Under the pieces are notes generated by a model. The model made no database searches, was not told the DNA's origin, and saw only the letters and a program-made list of their open reading frames with translations. Shown piece by piece: positions 1-8,499 of a DNA stretch of 64,000 bases (positions are counted from its first letter, which is position 1; each line of letters opens with the position of its first letter). Source of the DNA: Patescibacteria group bacterium (GTDB lineage: Bacteria > Patescibacteriota > Patescibacteriia > UBA10025 > JAHIVO01). The stretch lies in assembly GCA_034678405.1 (NCBI GenBank), contig JAXDBW010000042.1, positions 136 to 64,135 on the forward strand, in the 5' to 3' direction. A program made the position numbers and the translations under genes.

Positions 1-1125
1 CATGCTGTCTTTGACATCCTTTTTTGCTTCCAGTAGTCCGACGTATGCACTATTGTCTTTCGGCGCTGTGGCGAGATAGACCACGCCGTGCGCGAGGTTT
101 ATCTGGCACTCTGGGTAGCCAATCTTCTGTACTGCCTCGAAGACATCGAGAGCAATTCTGAGTGCCTGAGGATCAGCCATCCCCACATCCTCACTGGCAA
201 AGACGACCATCCGCCGCGCGATAAACTCAGGTGACTCCCCTGCCTCCACCATGCGATTCAGCCAATACAGCGCTCCATCCGGATTACTGCCGCGCATGGA
301 TTTGATAAATGCGGAAATGACATTGTAGTGCTCTTCGCCTTTTTTGTCATACTGGAGAGCTTTGTGCTGGAGTGCGTCTTCGATGGTAGTCTTGTCGAGA
401 TGAACAATCCCCTTCGCATCAGCCTTTGTCGCCTTGGCCGCGATCTCTAGTGCGTTCAGAGCTGTCCGGGCATCACCATTTGCCCCCTCGATCAGTACAT
501 CAAGTGCTTTCGGGGCGATTTTAATATTCTGCTGTCCGAGACCCGTTTCCTTATCAATAAGGGCGCGCTTAATAATCCGGGAGAGTTCTGGCACCCCATG
601 CCGCTGCATCACAAACACCCGCGACCGAGATAGCAGCGGGGCGATCACTTCAAACGATGGATTCTCTGTCGTGGCGCCAATTAATGTAATTGTGCCATTC
701 TCCACATATGGCAGGAAAGCATCCTGCTGGGCTTTGTTCCAGCGGTGGATTTCATCCACAAATAATATCGTGCGCTCATTATGAAACTTCCGACGGTTCT
801 CTGCTTCCTGGGCGACGATGCGCAACTCTTTGATCCCCGACGTGACAGCGCTCAGAGACTCAAATCGCGACTTGGTCATCTGGGCAATGATCCGCGCCAG
901 GGTCGTCTTGCCAGAGCCGGGTGGCCCCCAGAAAATGATAGAAAAAACCTCGTCATTCTCGATCGCCTTACGTAATATTTTGCCTTTGCCGATGATATCC
1001 TCCTGCCCCACGAAGTCATCTAAACTGTCGGGACGAATCCGATCAGCCAGCGGCGCCTCAGTGCGCAGGTCGCGCTCGAGTTTACTGTCGAATAAATCTT
1101 TTTTCTGTTTCTTAGAAGTAGGCAT
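1..1125 (-). CDS. rarA: Replication-associated recombination protein A (RarA/MgsA AAA+ ATPase), 3' end runs off the window
   Basis: Manual translation from ATG at 1125 gives MPTSKKQKKDLFD...APLADRIRPDSLDDFVGQ, Walker A WGPPGSGKTT, FVDEIHRWNKAQQD, IGATTENP and YNVISAFIKSMRGS. Absent from the ORF track because it has no stop in the window. Confidence 0.95.
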   Translation of the reverse strand, partial: MPTSKKQKKDLFDSKLERDLRTEAPLADRIRPDSLDDFVGQEDIIGKGKILRKAIENDEVFSIIFWGPPGSGKTTLARIIAQMTKSRFESLSAVTSGIKELRIVAQEAENRRKFHNERTILFVDEIHRWNKAQQDAFLPYVENGTITLIGATTENPSFEVIAPLLSRSRVFVMQRHGVPELSRIIKRALIDKETGLGQQNIKIAPKALDVLIEGANGDARTALNALEIAAKATKADAKGIVHLDKTTIEDALQHKALQYDKKGEEHYNVISAFIKSMRGSNPDGALYWLNRMVEAGESPEFIARRMVVFASEDVGMADPQALRIALDVFEAVQKIGYPECQINLAHGVVYLATAPKDNSAYVGLLEAKKDVKDSM

Positions 1126-1654
1126 GTTTCTTTCCTTTTTGCTCGGCAATCATTTCATTATAATGGTCATGACACCGAGCCGCTTCACCCACGCCAAGCT
1201 GGGCTAAAATATTGTGGAGTCGCTGACGGATTGCCGCTGAATCCTTGCCTTGGATTTCAATCTCGATAAACTGCCCTAAGCCCTTAACTGTATCCAGCAC
1301 GATTTCCGCTCGCCCGAGCCGATAGACTGACCGACGCTTGTCGACGACAAATGCCTCGCGGGCTTTAAGCTCCTTGAGAATGGTGCGAATGGTTTTGAGA
1401 TCGCTTACCACAACTTCGTGCTCAGTGGCGGCATACGTCGTCCGAGAAATATGGAGCTCTAGGCGAGTTTGTTTGGACAGTGCATCGTGTCGTACCCGTA
1501 ATATCCGTCCACTTTTTTTTATCATGGGTCGATGATACGGTTCATAGTACCGATCGATCTGATGCTTCTGACCCACATATCGCGCACCAATAGAACGTAG
1601 CTTTCTTTTGATCGGCTCGTGGCTCTTTGCACGTGCTTTGATCTCGACTTCCAT
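1112..1654 (-). CDS. cyaB: CYTH-domain protein (class IV adenylate cyclase, CyaB-like)
   Basis: N-terminal MEVEIKAR (ExExK), plus LRVR, VDKRR and LDTVKGLGQFIEIE motifs. Confidence 0.85.
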   Translation of the reverse strand: MEVEIKARAKSHEPIKRKLRSIGARYVGQKHQIDRYYEPYHRPMIKKSGRILRVRHDALSKQTRLELHISRTTYAATEHEVVVSDLKTIRTILKELKAREAFVVDKRRSVYRLGRAEIVLDTVKGLGQFIEIEIQGKDSAAIRQRLHNILAQLGVGEAARCHDHYNEMIAEQKGKKHAYF

Positions 1655-1655
1655 A

Positions 1656-2444
1656 TTATGATGCTTTAGGGAAATTACGGTCGACCTGCTCCGCAATCAC
1701 TAGGCCGTGCTGGAGGTATGCTTCGAGCACATCATAGGGGATGTGTTCCTGGGTATAGTATAGCACTACGCTTGCATCAGATATTTCGATCGCAGCGGCA
1801 GTACTGTCGATAGCTTGCTGCATCAGGACAGGATCGAGTAACTGCAGCACCATGCTATCCTGGGTGCCATGCACGTCATAGATTTTCTCAAAATCCCGGC
1901 TCTCCGTATCGATTATGTCCGGCGCGACAAAATACTTTTTGGTCAGTATAATATTTTGCGGTATATGTTTGGAACTAATTTCTACACACCACCCACTAAA
2001 GACTCGTACATTTCCTCTCGTGTTATATTCGGCACCGTGGCCAACAAATCTGTTATATTCCCGCCGCACGCCCGTCACATACTCCCGAGAAAAACCCATC
2101 GCGCTCCCGGGAAATGTCTTCGCGACAATCGGATACACCCACACGCGTCGGCTTTCGATCTGACCATCAACCACTACGTCCATGTCACGCTCCATCATGT
2201 ATTTCTCTGCCTGAAAAAATGATTTTCCAGGATTTGCCCGGAAGCGATCAGCAATATTCCACATGGTATATCCCTGATGCACAGTGAAGGAATGCATCTC
2301 GGCCCAATGCTCAAGCGAAGTGATATCTCGTTTTTTCCTGAACCATCGATTAACTAGCTTTCCTCTGAGCGGAGAAAAATACACAATCATCCCCATTACT
2401 AATATTACGAGGATAGCCGGCAATATATCAGCAGCGTTAATCAT
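1656..2444 (-). CDS. Membrane-anchored hypothetical protein (DUF3137-like C-terminus)
   Basis: N-terminal TM helix; ESRDFEKIYDVH...LLDP.LM segment. Confidence 0.6.
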   Translation of the reverse strand: MINAADILPAILVILVMGMIVYFSPLRGKLVNRWFRKKRDITSLEHWAEMHSFTVHQGYTMWNIADRFRANPGKSFFQAEKYMMERDMDVVVDGQIESRRVWVYPIVAKTFPGSAMGFSREYVTGVRREYNRFVGHGAEYNTRGNVRVFSGWCVEISSKHIPQNIILTKKYFVAPDIIDTESRDFEKIYDVHGTQDSMVLQLLDPVLMQQAIDSTAAAIEISDASVVLYYTQEHIPYDVLEAYLQHGLVIAEQVDRNFPKAS

Positions 2445-2448
2445 AGTG

Positions 2449-3192
2449 CTATTTCAACCACTTAATTCTTTTCAGCAGCGGGCCATACAAATCCTCTTGC
2501 CAGTTGATACTAAACCGCTGGCGCTTGTCTCGTGGCTGGTAGGGACGGCTTGTGAACTGCACCGAGGGGATGTCAGTGATAACGGCAATGGGTGTCTGCT
2601 CGGTCCCCTCCCCGGTCGCGAAGACAGCAGCAGTGGCGAGTGCATCGGCGACATTCGTTGTGGAGACTTTAAACTTCCGGCCATATAAATCCCTCGTCTG
2701 ACGATAGTCATTGAGCGGACGGAACCCATAGTACCCGAGGGCAATCCCCAGCACCCCGCGCCGCATGGGCACCGTGTGGCTGTCAGTGATGATGACGCCA
2801 ACATCTTTAACATGATAGGTCTTGCGGATCCACTGCCATAGTTCTTTAGCAGTTACCTGTGGACGTTTCGGCCAGAGGATATAGTACTCGCCAGCATTCG
2901 ACGCATCGATCCCGGCTGACGGGATGAGGATGTTGTGCTTGATTGTCAGCACCGCATACCCTTTCGGCACGGCATGGCGCGGAAGATAACGGTCGGCCTC
3001 TCGTCGTATCAGTTCATCTTTATGCGGGTACCGCTCTTTTGGCACGCACCGACCCTGGTGGATACTGACTACCTTTGAGGCAATTGCCACTACAGAACGC
3101 TCTGGAACACGCTTCACGGCCCTCTGAAAGGCCTCATAGAGGTCATCCTGAGGCGGGTGCAATAAACGTGTTTTGATGGCTCTGACGCGCAT
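2449..3192 (-). CDS. CofE-like (F420-0:gamma-glutamyl ligase family) protein
   Basis: IASKVVS, PSAGIDASN, GVIITDS, DLYGR, NVADALA and GEGTEQTP motifs; start placed at MRVRAIKT. Confidence 0.85.
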   Translation of the reverse strand: MRVRAIKTRLLHPPQDDLYEAFQRAVKRVPERSVVAIASKVVSIHQGRCVPKERYPHKDELIRREADRYLPRHAVPKGYAVLTIKHNILIPSAGIDASNAGEYYILWPKRPQVTAKELWQWIRKTYHVKDVGVIITDSHTVPMRRGVLGIALGYYGFRPLNDYRQTRDLYGRKFKVSTTNVADALATAAVFATGEGTEQTPIAVITDIPSVQFTSRPYQPRDKRQRFSINWQEDLYGPLLKRIKWLK

Positions 3193-3333
3193 AGAATACC
3201 CGAATTGTACCACTTCTCCCCTGTCCACGAAAGCAGCATTGACAGAACTGACCATTCGTGGTACATTTCGCCGCTATCCTTTGAAAACTACTATTATTAG
3301 TACGGAAAGCGTGCTAAAATACCCCCTATATAA

Positions 3334-3389
3334 CGGGGAGTGGCGCAGTTTCCGCCAAAGGCGGATCGGCCTCTGGCCGAGGCTAGCGC
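3334..3389 (+). pseudogene. 5' fragment of tRNA-Pro with a 30-nt double-hairpin insertion in the D-loop
   Basis: CGGGGAGTGGCGCAGTT [3351-3380] GGCTAGCGC versus intact CGGGGTGTGGCGCAGTT GGCTAGCGC. Confidence 0.85.
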
Positions 3390-3402
3390 TACACGTGTAT
3401 AT

Positions 3403-3479
3403 CGGGGTGTGGCGCAGTTGGCTAGCGCGCATCGTTCGGGACGATGAGGTCGCCGGTTCAAGTCCGGCCACCCCGACCA
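3403..3479 (+). tRNA. tRNA-Pro(CGG)
   Basis: Cloverleaf: acceptor CGGGGTG/CACCCCG, anticodon arm CATCG-TTCGGGA-CGATG, T-arm GCCGG-TTCAAGT-CCGGC, encoded CCA. Confidence 0.97.
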
Positions 3480-3490
3480 GTCAATGTATT

Positions 3491-3850
3491 ATGTTTTTTG
3501 TTTACATACTCAATAACTCCGAAGATAATGTCTCTTACGTTGGTGCCACTGGGAAACTTCCACAGACTCGTTTAACTGAGCATAATATTGGCAGCAATAC
3601 TTGGACAAGCACTCACGGACCTTTTACACTAATATATTACGAAAGCTATCACTGCAAAAAAGACGCCTTACATCGAGAGCAGTTTCTAAAATCGGGGCAG
3701 GGGCGCAAACTAGTTACTCTGATTATTGACAATTATGCAGTTTCCGCCAAAGGCGGACCCGCCTCTGGCGGGGGCTACCCGCCCGCTCCGAATGCGGAGC
3801 AGTCGGGCGGGGCGCGCATCGTTCGGGACGGCATACGGTTTCATCCATAG
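3491..3850 (+). CDS. Small GIY-YIG nuclease (YazA/YhbQ-like); C-terminus reads through a degenerate tRNA copy
   Basis: FFVYIL...SYVGAT...RLTEHN...YYE...ALHREQFLKSGQGR; the tail SAKGGPASGG is the translated 30-nt insertion. Confidence 0.9.
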   Translation: MFFVYILNNSEDNVSYVGATGKLPQTRLTEHNIGSNTWTSTHGPFTLIYYESYHCKKDALHREQFLKSGQGRKLVTLIIDNYAVSAKGGPASGGGYPPAPNAEQSGGARIVRDGIRFHP

Positions 3851-3891
3851 GATGATCCGCCTTTGGCGGACAAGTCCGGCCACCCCGACCA
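3737..3891 (+). pseudogene. 3' copy of tRNA-Pro(CGG) interrupted by three palindromic insertions
   Basis: GCAGTT[3743-3772]GGCTA[3778-3811]GCGCGCATCGTTCGGGACG..CGGTT[3841-3870]CAAGTCCGGCCACCCCGACCA; the tRNA-derived parts match 3403-3479. Confidence 0.9.
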
Positions 3892-4142
3892 AAGGCCTTG
3901 AGTTTGTCGAAGAACCAGGTGGATACACACAACTCATGGAACACACTCCATGCGTTCTGTTCATTCGTCTGAATGACAAATCACAAAAACGGCAAACCCT
4001 CAAACAGGAGGAGAATCTTCATTTGAACCTTTCACCTCACTATTTACCGCGTAACGCTCCTTAACTGGTTCCCCATTCCCCTAGAGTGAATGGGATCCTT
4101 CTCAGGACGAGAAAATTGAACCAGCAATATAGGAGATACCAC

Positions 4143-4448
4143 ATGTGTTTCGTGACAAGTAACGGACGGGAGATCCACAATCGGGTCAGGGACTTTTTCC
4201 CTCACAAGCAGCCGGGCACACCGTCGAAGCGTCAGCAGGGCCATCTGCTGAAGAAAGAGAAGCCGCTGGAAGTCTTCCAGGACAACAAATCTATCTTCGG
4301 TCATCTCGTTGGCCGCGACCGCGGCAGCGACAAAATGCTATTCCGGCCTGCCGGCGCCGACGACCCGATCCTCATTGATGGCGATCTGCCCGCCACCAAG
4401 ACCACGAACAAACGTATCACCACTGCTGCTGAGGCAGTGGCCGCGTAA
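4143..4448 (+). CDS. Small basic hypothetical protein
   Basis: AGGAGA SD at 4131; followed by a GC hairpin and T-run (about 4476-4510). Confidence 0.6.
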   Translation: MCFVTSNGREIHNRVRDFFPHKQPGTPSKRQQGHLLKKEKPLEVFQDNKSIFGHLVGRDRGSDKMLFRPAGADDPILIDGDLPATKTTNKRITTAAEAVAA

Positions 4449-4608
4449 TCCACAGACGCGACATAAGTTAAGTATAGCCGCCTGGCTTTCCCCGGGCGGC
4501 TCTTTTTTATGTCCCGCTAGAAATTATATTTCTAACGGGATAGGATAAAAAAGACCGCCGGACGCCTCGAGAGACGTACGACGGTACATATGGGACTACA
4601 GAGTCTCC

Positions 4609-5967
4609 TCACTCGACCAGGGGAAGATTCGAGGGTAATGCTTCACTGGTGTCGAGATTGAAACGCCGCACGAGAATGTGCTGGGCGGTAGCGAGCTTTT
4701 CTGCATACTCAAAGCAACTGTCGAGCTCATCCGCACTGATAATCTCGCTGAGCGGTTTATTTGCCGGCTCAAAGACCGACGTCCACAGCACATCGCGAAA
4801 CGGCGTCCGTGTATCCATGGCCTGAAACGCACACTTCTGCACGAAACGATACACATCGTCGTTTTCGTATCCGTACCGACCGAGCAACGACTTGACGTTC
4901 TCGGACGCCCAGCAGCCATTGGTCCGATCAATGTTTTGCGCCATCCGAGCAGCGTTGACCTCGAGATTCTCGACTACCCATGTCATTTTGTCGAGCATGT
5001 AGTCAAGCAGGATGGTCGCATCCGGCAGGCAAATCCGCTCAACGCTCGAATGACAGATGTCCCGCTCATCCCAGGTGCGAATTAGCTCCTGACCCATGGC
5101 CGCGTATCCCCGGAGTGCAATCGCCTGGCCGCAAATACGCTCCAGGATGATGGTGTTGCGCTTGTGAGGCATCGCTGATGAGCCCTTCTGCCCCTGCTTG
5201 CGAGGCTCACGATACTCCCCGTAGGCAGTGGTAGCATGGATTCGCATATCAGTCGCAAACTTCTCGAGTATGCCACCGATAATGCTGACGACCGCGAGAA
5301 AATTCGCGATATTATCCCGGAGTGTAATCTGACCATTCGCCGGCCGCACTTCCAGACCCAGAATTGCCAGAACTCGACTCTCGAGATCCGGTGAAATATT
5401 CATCCAGTTGCCCATGGCACCGGAGAATTTCACCCGCTGTACACGAGCGACAGCCGCCCGCAGCAGCTCCCGGGCCGAGATAACCGCATCCAGAAACACG
5501 CAGAACGTGTGAATCAGTACGTCGGGCTCGCCGTCCTGACCATGGGTGGTCCCCATCTTATAGATCCGATACGACTTACCCGCTCGACGGCGCAGTGCTA
5601 CTTCCAGTTTCTCCAGATCATCATCCAGCACATTGCCGACGTCACGCAGGATTAAGCCGAGCGCCGGCTCTTCCGTATCGTAGGACGTCATTTCCTCGTG
5701 CAGGTAGTGCTGGAATTCTGCCGGAATCAGACTGCTGATGTACATCAGGAAAGCCAGCAGATCGTGCTCGATCCGTTTGTCGATTTCATTGATTGCATCA
5801 GCGTTGATGGTAATCTTCTCCGGATATTTCATTAAGACAATATCCGGATACTTCTTCGTCTCCACCTTGGCCCTGATAGCCGCGCGTTCGACGTCATACC
5901 ATCGGCCAAACTTCGCTTCATCAGTCCAGAGACCGGACATGATAATTCGTGAGTAACGTTTCAACAT
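4609..5967 (-). CDS. purB: Adenylosuccinate lyase
   Basis: TTHGQ, KFSGAMGN, signature GSSAMPHKRN and ERDICHSSVER; GGAGGA SD before ATG 5967. Confidence 0.95.
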   Translation of the reverse strand: MLKRYSRIIMSGLWTDEAKFGRWYDVERAAIRAKVETKKYPDIVLMKYPEKITINADAINEIDKRIEHDLLAFLMYISSLIPAEFQHYLHEEMTSYDTEEPALGLILRDVGNVLDDDLEKLEVALRRRAGKSYRIYKMGTTHGQDGEPDVLIHTFCVFLDAVISARELLRAAVARVQRVKFSGAMGNWMNISPDLESRVLAILGLEVRPANGQITLRDNIANFLAVVSIIGGILEKFATDMRIHATTAYGEYREPRKQGQKGSSAMPHKRNTIILERICGQAIALRGYAAMGQELIRTWDERDICHSSVERICLPDATILLDYMLDKMTWVVENLEVNAARMAQNIDRTNGCWASENVKSLLGRYGYENDDVYRFVQKCAFQAMDTRTPFRDVLWTSVFEPANKPLSEIISADELDSCFEYAEKLATAQHILVRRFNLDTSEALPSNLPLVE

Positions 5968-6128
5968 GTTTTGTTTCCTCCATAAACGATTTGACAAGGT
6001 TCGGTTTCAAATTACCCCACCTTATCACTTCTCCGCACTAGCAGTCAACCACTTGACGACGGGTCGTGGTTACTCGTACAATAATCGCAAAACCCACACA
6101 AACATACATGGTTCCATAGGAGGTACCC

Positions 6129-6596
6129 ATGTTCCTTGCCATAGTAGCATCAGTAATCATCGGGGTAGCGCCAGCAGACAGCGCACTCAGACACGACTGT
6201 ACCCAGAAACAGCTCAGCTATGACACCGTGGTCGCGATCTTTCAGACCCTCGACGGCATCCTTGCGGCCGAGCAGGCATACCAGGACACACATCGTGCAT
6301 ATCTGACGTGTAACGTGATGACCGAGCTGGTCTCTATCGATTCCCTCGAGCGCGCCCTGGAGTGTACCTTCCCGGCGAGCATGATGCATGACACGATGTA
6401 CTGCGTGGCGATTAGGCACCAATGGAATGATCCGGACGCTAACGAAAATCCCTGCCGTGAGTTGATCATCAGCCTCTATAATAGTACATCTCCGACAAAT
6501 CTGCCGATTGCCCGACTCACCTACTGTGCCGACACCGGCCGGCGCGAATACGAATACGTCGAGTACGGTAAATCTGTCCACACCCTACTCGAGTGA
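6129..6596 (+). CDS. Secreted hypothetical protein (pilin-like helical N-terminal segment)
   Basis: Promoter TTGACG(6053)-18-TACAAT, AGGAGG SD, signal peptide, Cys pairs, downstream terminator. Confidence 0.7.
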   Translation: MFLAIVASVIIGVAPADSALRHDCTQKQLSYDTVVAIFQTLDGILAAEQAYQDTHRAYLTCNVMTELVSIDSLERALECTFPASMMHDTMYCVAIRHQWNDPDANENPCRELIISLYNSTSPTNLPIARLTYCADTGRREYEYVEYGKSVHTLLE

Positions 6597-6620
6597 TATG
6601 ACGCCGCTCAATATCACAAG

Positions 6621-6659
6621 ACCCGCCCATTACTATGAGTGCGGCGGGTTTGTTTTTTT
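6621..6659 (+). terminator. Intrinsic terminator
   Basis: ACCCGCC...GGCGGGT stem followed by a T-run. Confidence 0.7.
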
Positions 6660-6737
6660 CTGTCGACCGGTGTATGCTTACCGGCGAAACATACATCGAA
6701 CATACTTTGTCAAACACTCTAGCCCAGGAAGGTGCAT

Positions 6738-6908
6738 ATGTGTAATCGTTGTTGTGCTGCCGGTGTACTGTCCGACGACCAGTACGAGTGTCATAACTGC
6801 GGCCATATCGGCCGAACTGATCAGGGTAATCCTGGTCACTGTGTCGAATGTGGTCACGACATGCGCGATCCGGTTGATCGCGCACGATCATCCATGGACA
6901 ATGGATGA
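6738..6908 (+). CDS. 56-aa zinc-ribbon microprotein (not in ORF track)
   Basis: AGGAAGGT SD; MCNRCCAAGVLSDDQYECHNCGHIGRTDQGNPGHCVECGHDMRDPVDRARSSMDNG with rubredoxin-like CxxC...CxxC. Confidence 0.65.
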   Translation: MCNRCCAAGVLSDDQYECHNCGHIGRTDQGNPGHCVECGHDMRDPVDRARSSMDNG

Positions 6909-6966
6909 GATACGTTCCGACACCAACAAAAAAAGCGGCTCAGTCTCTGAGTCGCTTTCCTACTTA

Positions 6967-8499
6967 CTACTCCCACTCGACAGTACCGGGCGGTTTTGAG
7001 GTGATGTCATAGAGCACCCGATTGACCGCGTGTACTTCATTGGTGATGCGCGCTGATATCCGCGCGAGCATGGCATCCGAGAAACGAGTCCAGTCCGCCG
7101 TCATGAAATCAACTGTACTCACTGCCCGCATGATGATCGGATAGCCATAGGTACGGCTATCTCCCTGGACACCCACAGACTTGATGGTTGGTAGTACGGC
7201 GAAGTATTGTTGTGGTCTTTTTTTCAGTGGCAACCGATCAACTTCTTCGCGGACGATCGCATCGGCCTGACGGAGGATGTCGAGTTTGCCTTTGGTAATC
7301 TCACCAATAATTCTGACTGCGAGCCCAGGACCGGGAAACGGCTGCCGCTCCACCACGCTGGCGGGCAATCCCAGGACTCGACCGACGCGTCGGACTTCGT
7401 CTTTGTACAATTCTCGAAATGGTTCAATCAATGTGAAGCCAAACTTCTTCGGCAGACCACCGACATTGTGATGGGATTTAATGACGGCGGCAGTCTTGCC
7501 CACGCTCACCCCGGAGGTAATCGCGTCAGTATAGAGTGTGCCCTGGACGAGCCACTCCACATTTTTGCCAAGCTTCTTCGCTTCCCGCTCGAAGATGCGG
7601 ATGAAGAGCTCGCCAATAATTTTTCGTTTCTGCTCAGGGTCTATGACGCCGTTCAGTTTCCGGAGAAATTCCGCCTCGGCTCGGATAACTTTCAGATTGA
7701 CTTTTTGGTACGAGCGAAATGTTTTCTCCACTTGCTGGACTTCTCCCTGCCGAAGAAGTCCGGTATCGACGAAGATACAGGTTAGTTGCTTGCCGACCGC
7801 CTGATGAACCAGGGTAGCCGCAACTGATGAATCAACGCCACCAGACAAAGCGCACACGACTCGATCCATACCTACTTCCTTTCGGATTGAGGTGATTTTT
7901 TGCTGGACAAATTTCTTCATTGACCAGGACTTTTTTGCCTTGGTAGCTTTTACAAAGTTTTCGAGCATCCGCATCCCAGATTTCGTATGGGACACTTCGG
8001 GATGAAACTGTAAACCATAGATGTGCTTCCGAGTATTGGCAATGGCGACGTGCGGACAGTTATCTGACGAGGCGAGACTGACAAACCCCCGCGGTAGTTT
8101 CGCGACATAGTCACCATGGGACATCCAGGTATGCTGGGTTTTCGTCAGTCCGCTAAACAGCGTGCCTGCCCGCTTAATCCGGATATCAGCTGGACCGTAC
8201 TCCCGCTTCGTTCCCCGGGCGACGCGGCCACCCAGCTGATGGGCCATCAGCTGCAGGCCATAGCAAATCCCCAGCACCGGAATGCCGAGATCATACACCT
8301 GTTTGTTTACTGTGAGTGCTGAGGAGCCGGATAAATTGCGGGGGCCGCCGGACAGGACGATACCCTTGGCCTGCTGTAGTTTTGATAATGGGAAAGTATA
8401 GGGCACCAGTTCTGCATAGACCCCAAGCTCGCGGATCCGCCGCACAATCAAGTGTGAGTATTGCGACCCGAAATCAAGAACGTAGATGGTATCCCTCAT
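6967..8499 (-). CDS. guaA: GMP synthase (glutamine-hydrolysing)
   Basis: LDFGSQY, GICYG, QFHPEV, SGGVDSSV, IKSHHNVGG and KPPGTVEWE motifs. Confidence 0.98.
   Translation of the reverse strand: MRDTIYVLDFGSQYSHLIVRRIRELGVYAELVPYTFPLSKLQQAKGIVLSGGPRNLSGSSALTVNKQVYDLGIPVLGICYGLQLMAHQLGGRVARGTKREYGPADIRIKRAGTLFSGLTKTQHTWMSHGDYVAKLPRGFVSLASSDNCPHVAIANTRKHIYGLQFHPEVSHTKSGMRMLENFVKATKAKKSWSMKKFVQQKITSIRKEVGMDRVVCALSGGVDSSVAATLVHQAVGKQLTCIFVDTGLLRQGEVQQVEKTFRSYQKVNLKVIRAEAEFLRKLNGVIDPEQKRKIIGELFIRIFEREAKKLGKNVEWLVQGTLYTDAITSGVSVGKTAAVIKSHHNVGGLPKKFGFTLIEPFRELYKDEVRRVGRVLGLPASVVERQPFPGPGLAVRIIGEITKGKLDILRQADAIVREEVDRLPLKKRPQQYFAVLPTIKSVGVQGDSRTYGYPIIMRAVSTVDFMTADWTRFSDAMLARISARITNEVHAVNRVLYDITSKPPGTVEWE

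Noticed and set aside
3173-3490. N-terminal 106 aa of ORF 3173..3850
   Set aside because: It runs across tRNA-Pro and overlaps the opposite-strand gene; GIY-YIG homology starts at ATG 3491.
3351-3870. Hairpin inserts as tRNA introns or a split tRNA
   Set aside because: An intact tRNA is adjacent, the interrupted copies are truncated or mutated, and no bulge-helix-bulge or group I/II core is visible.
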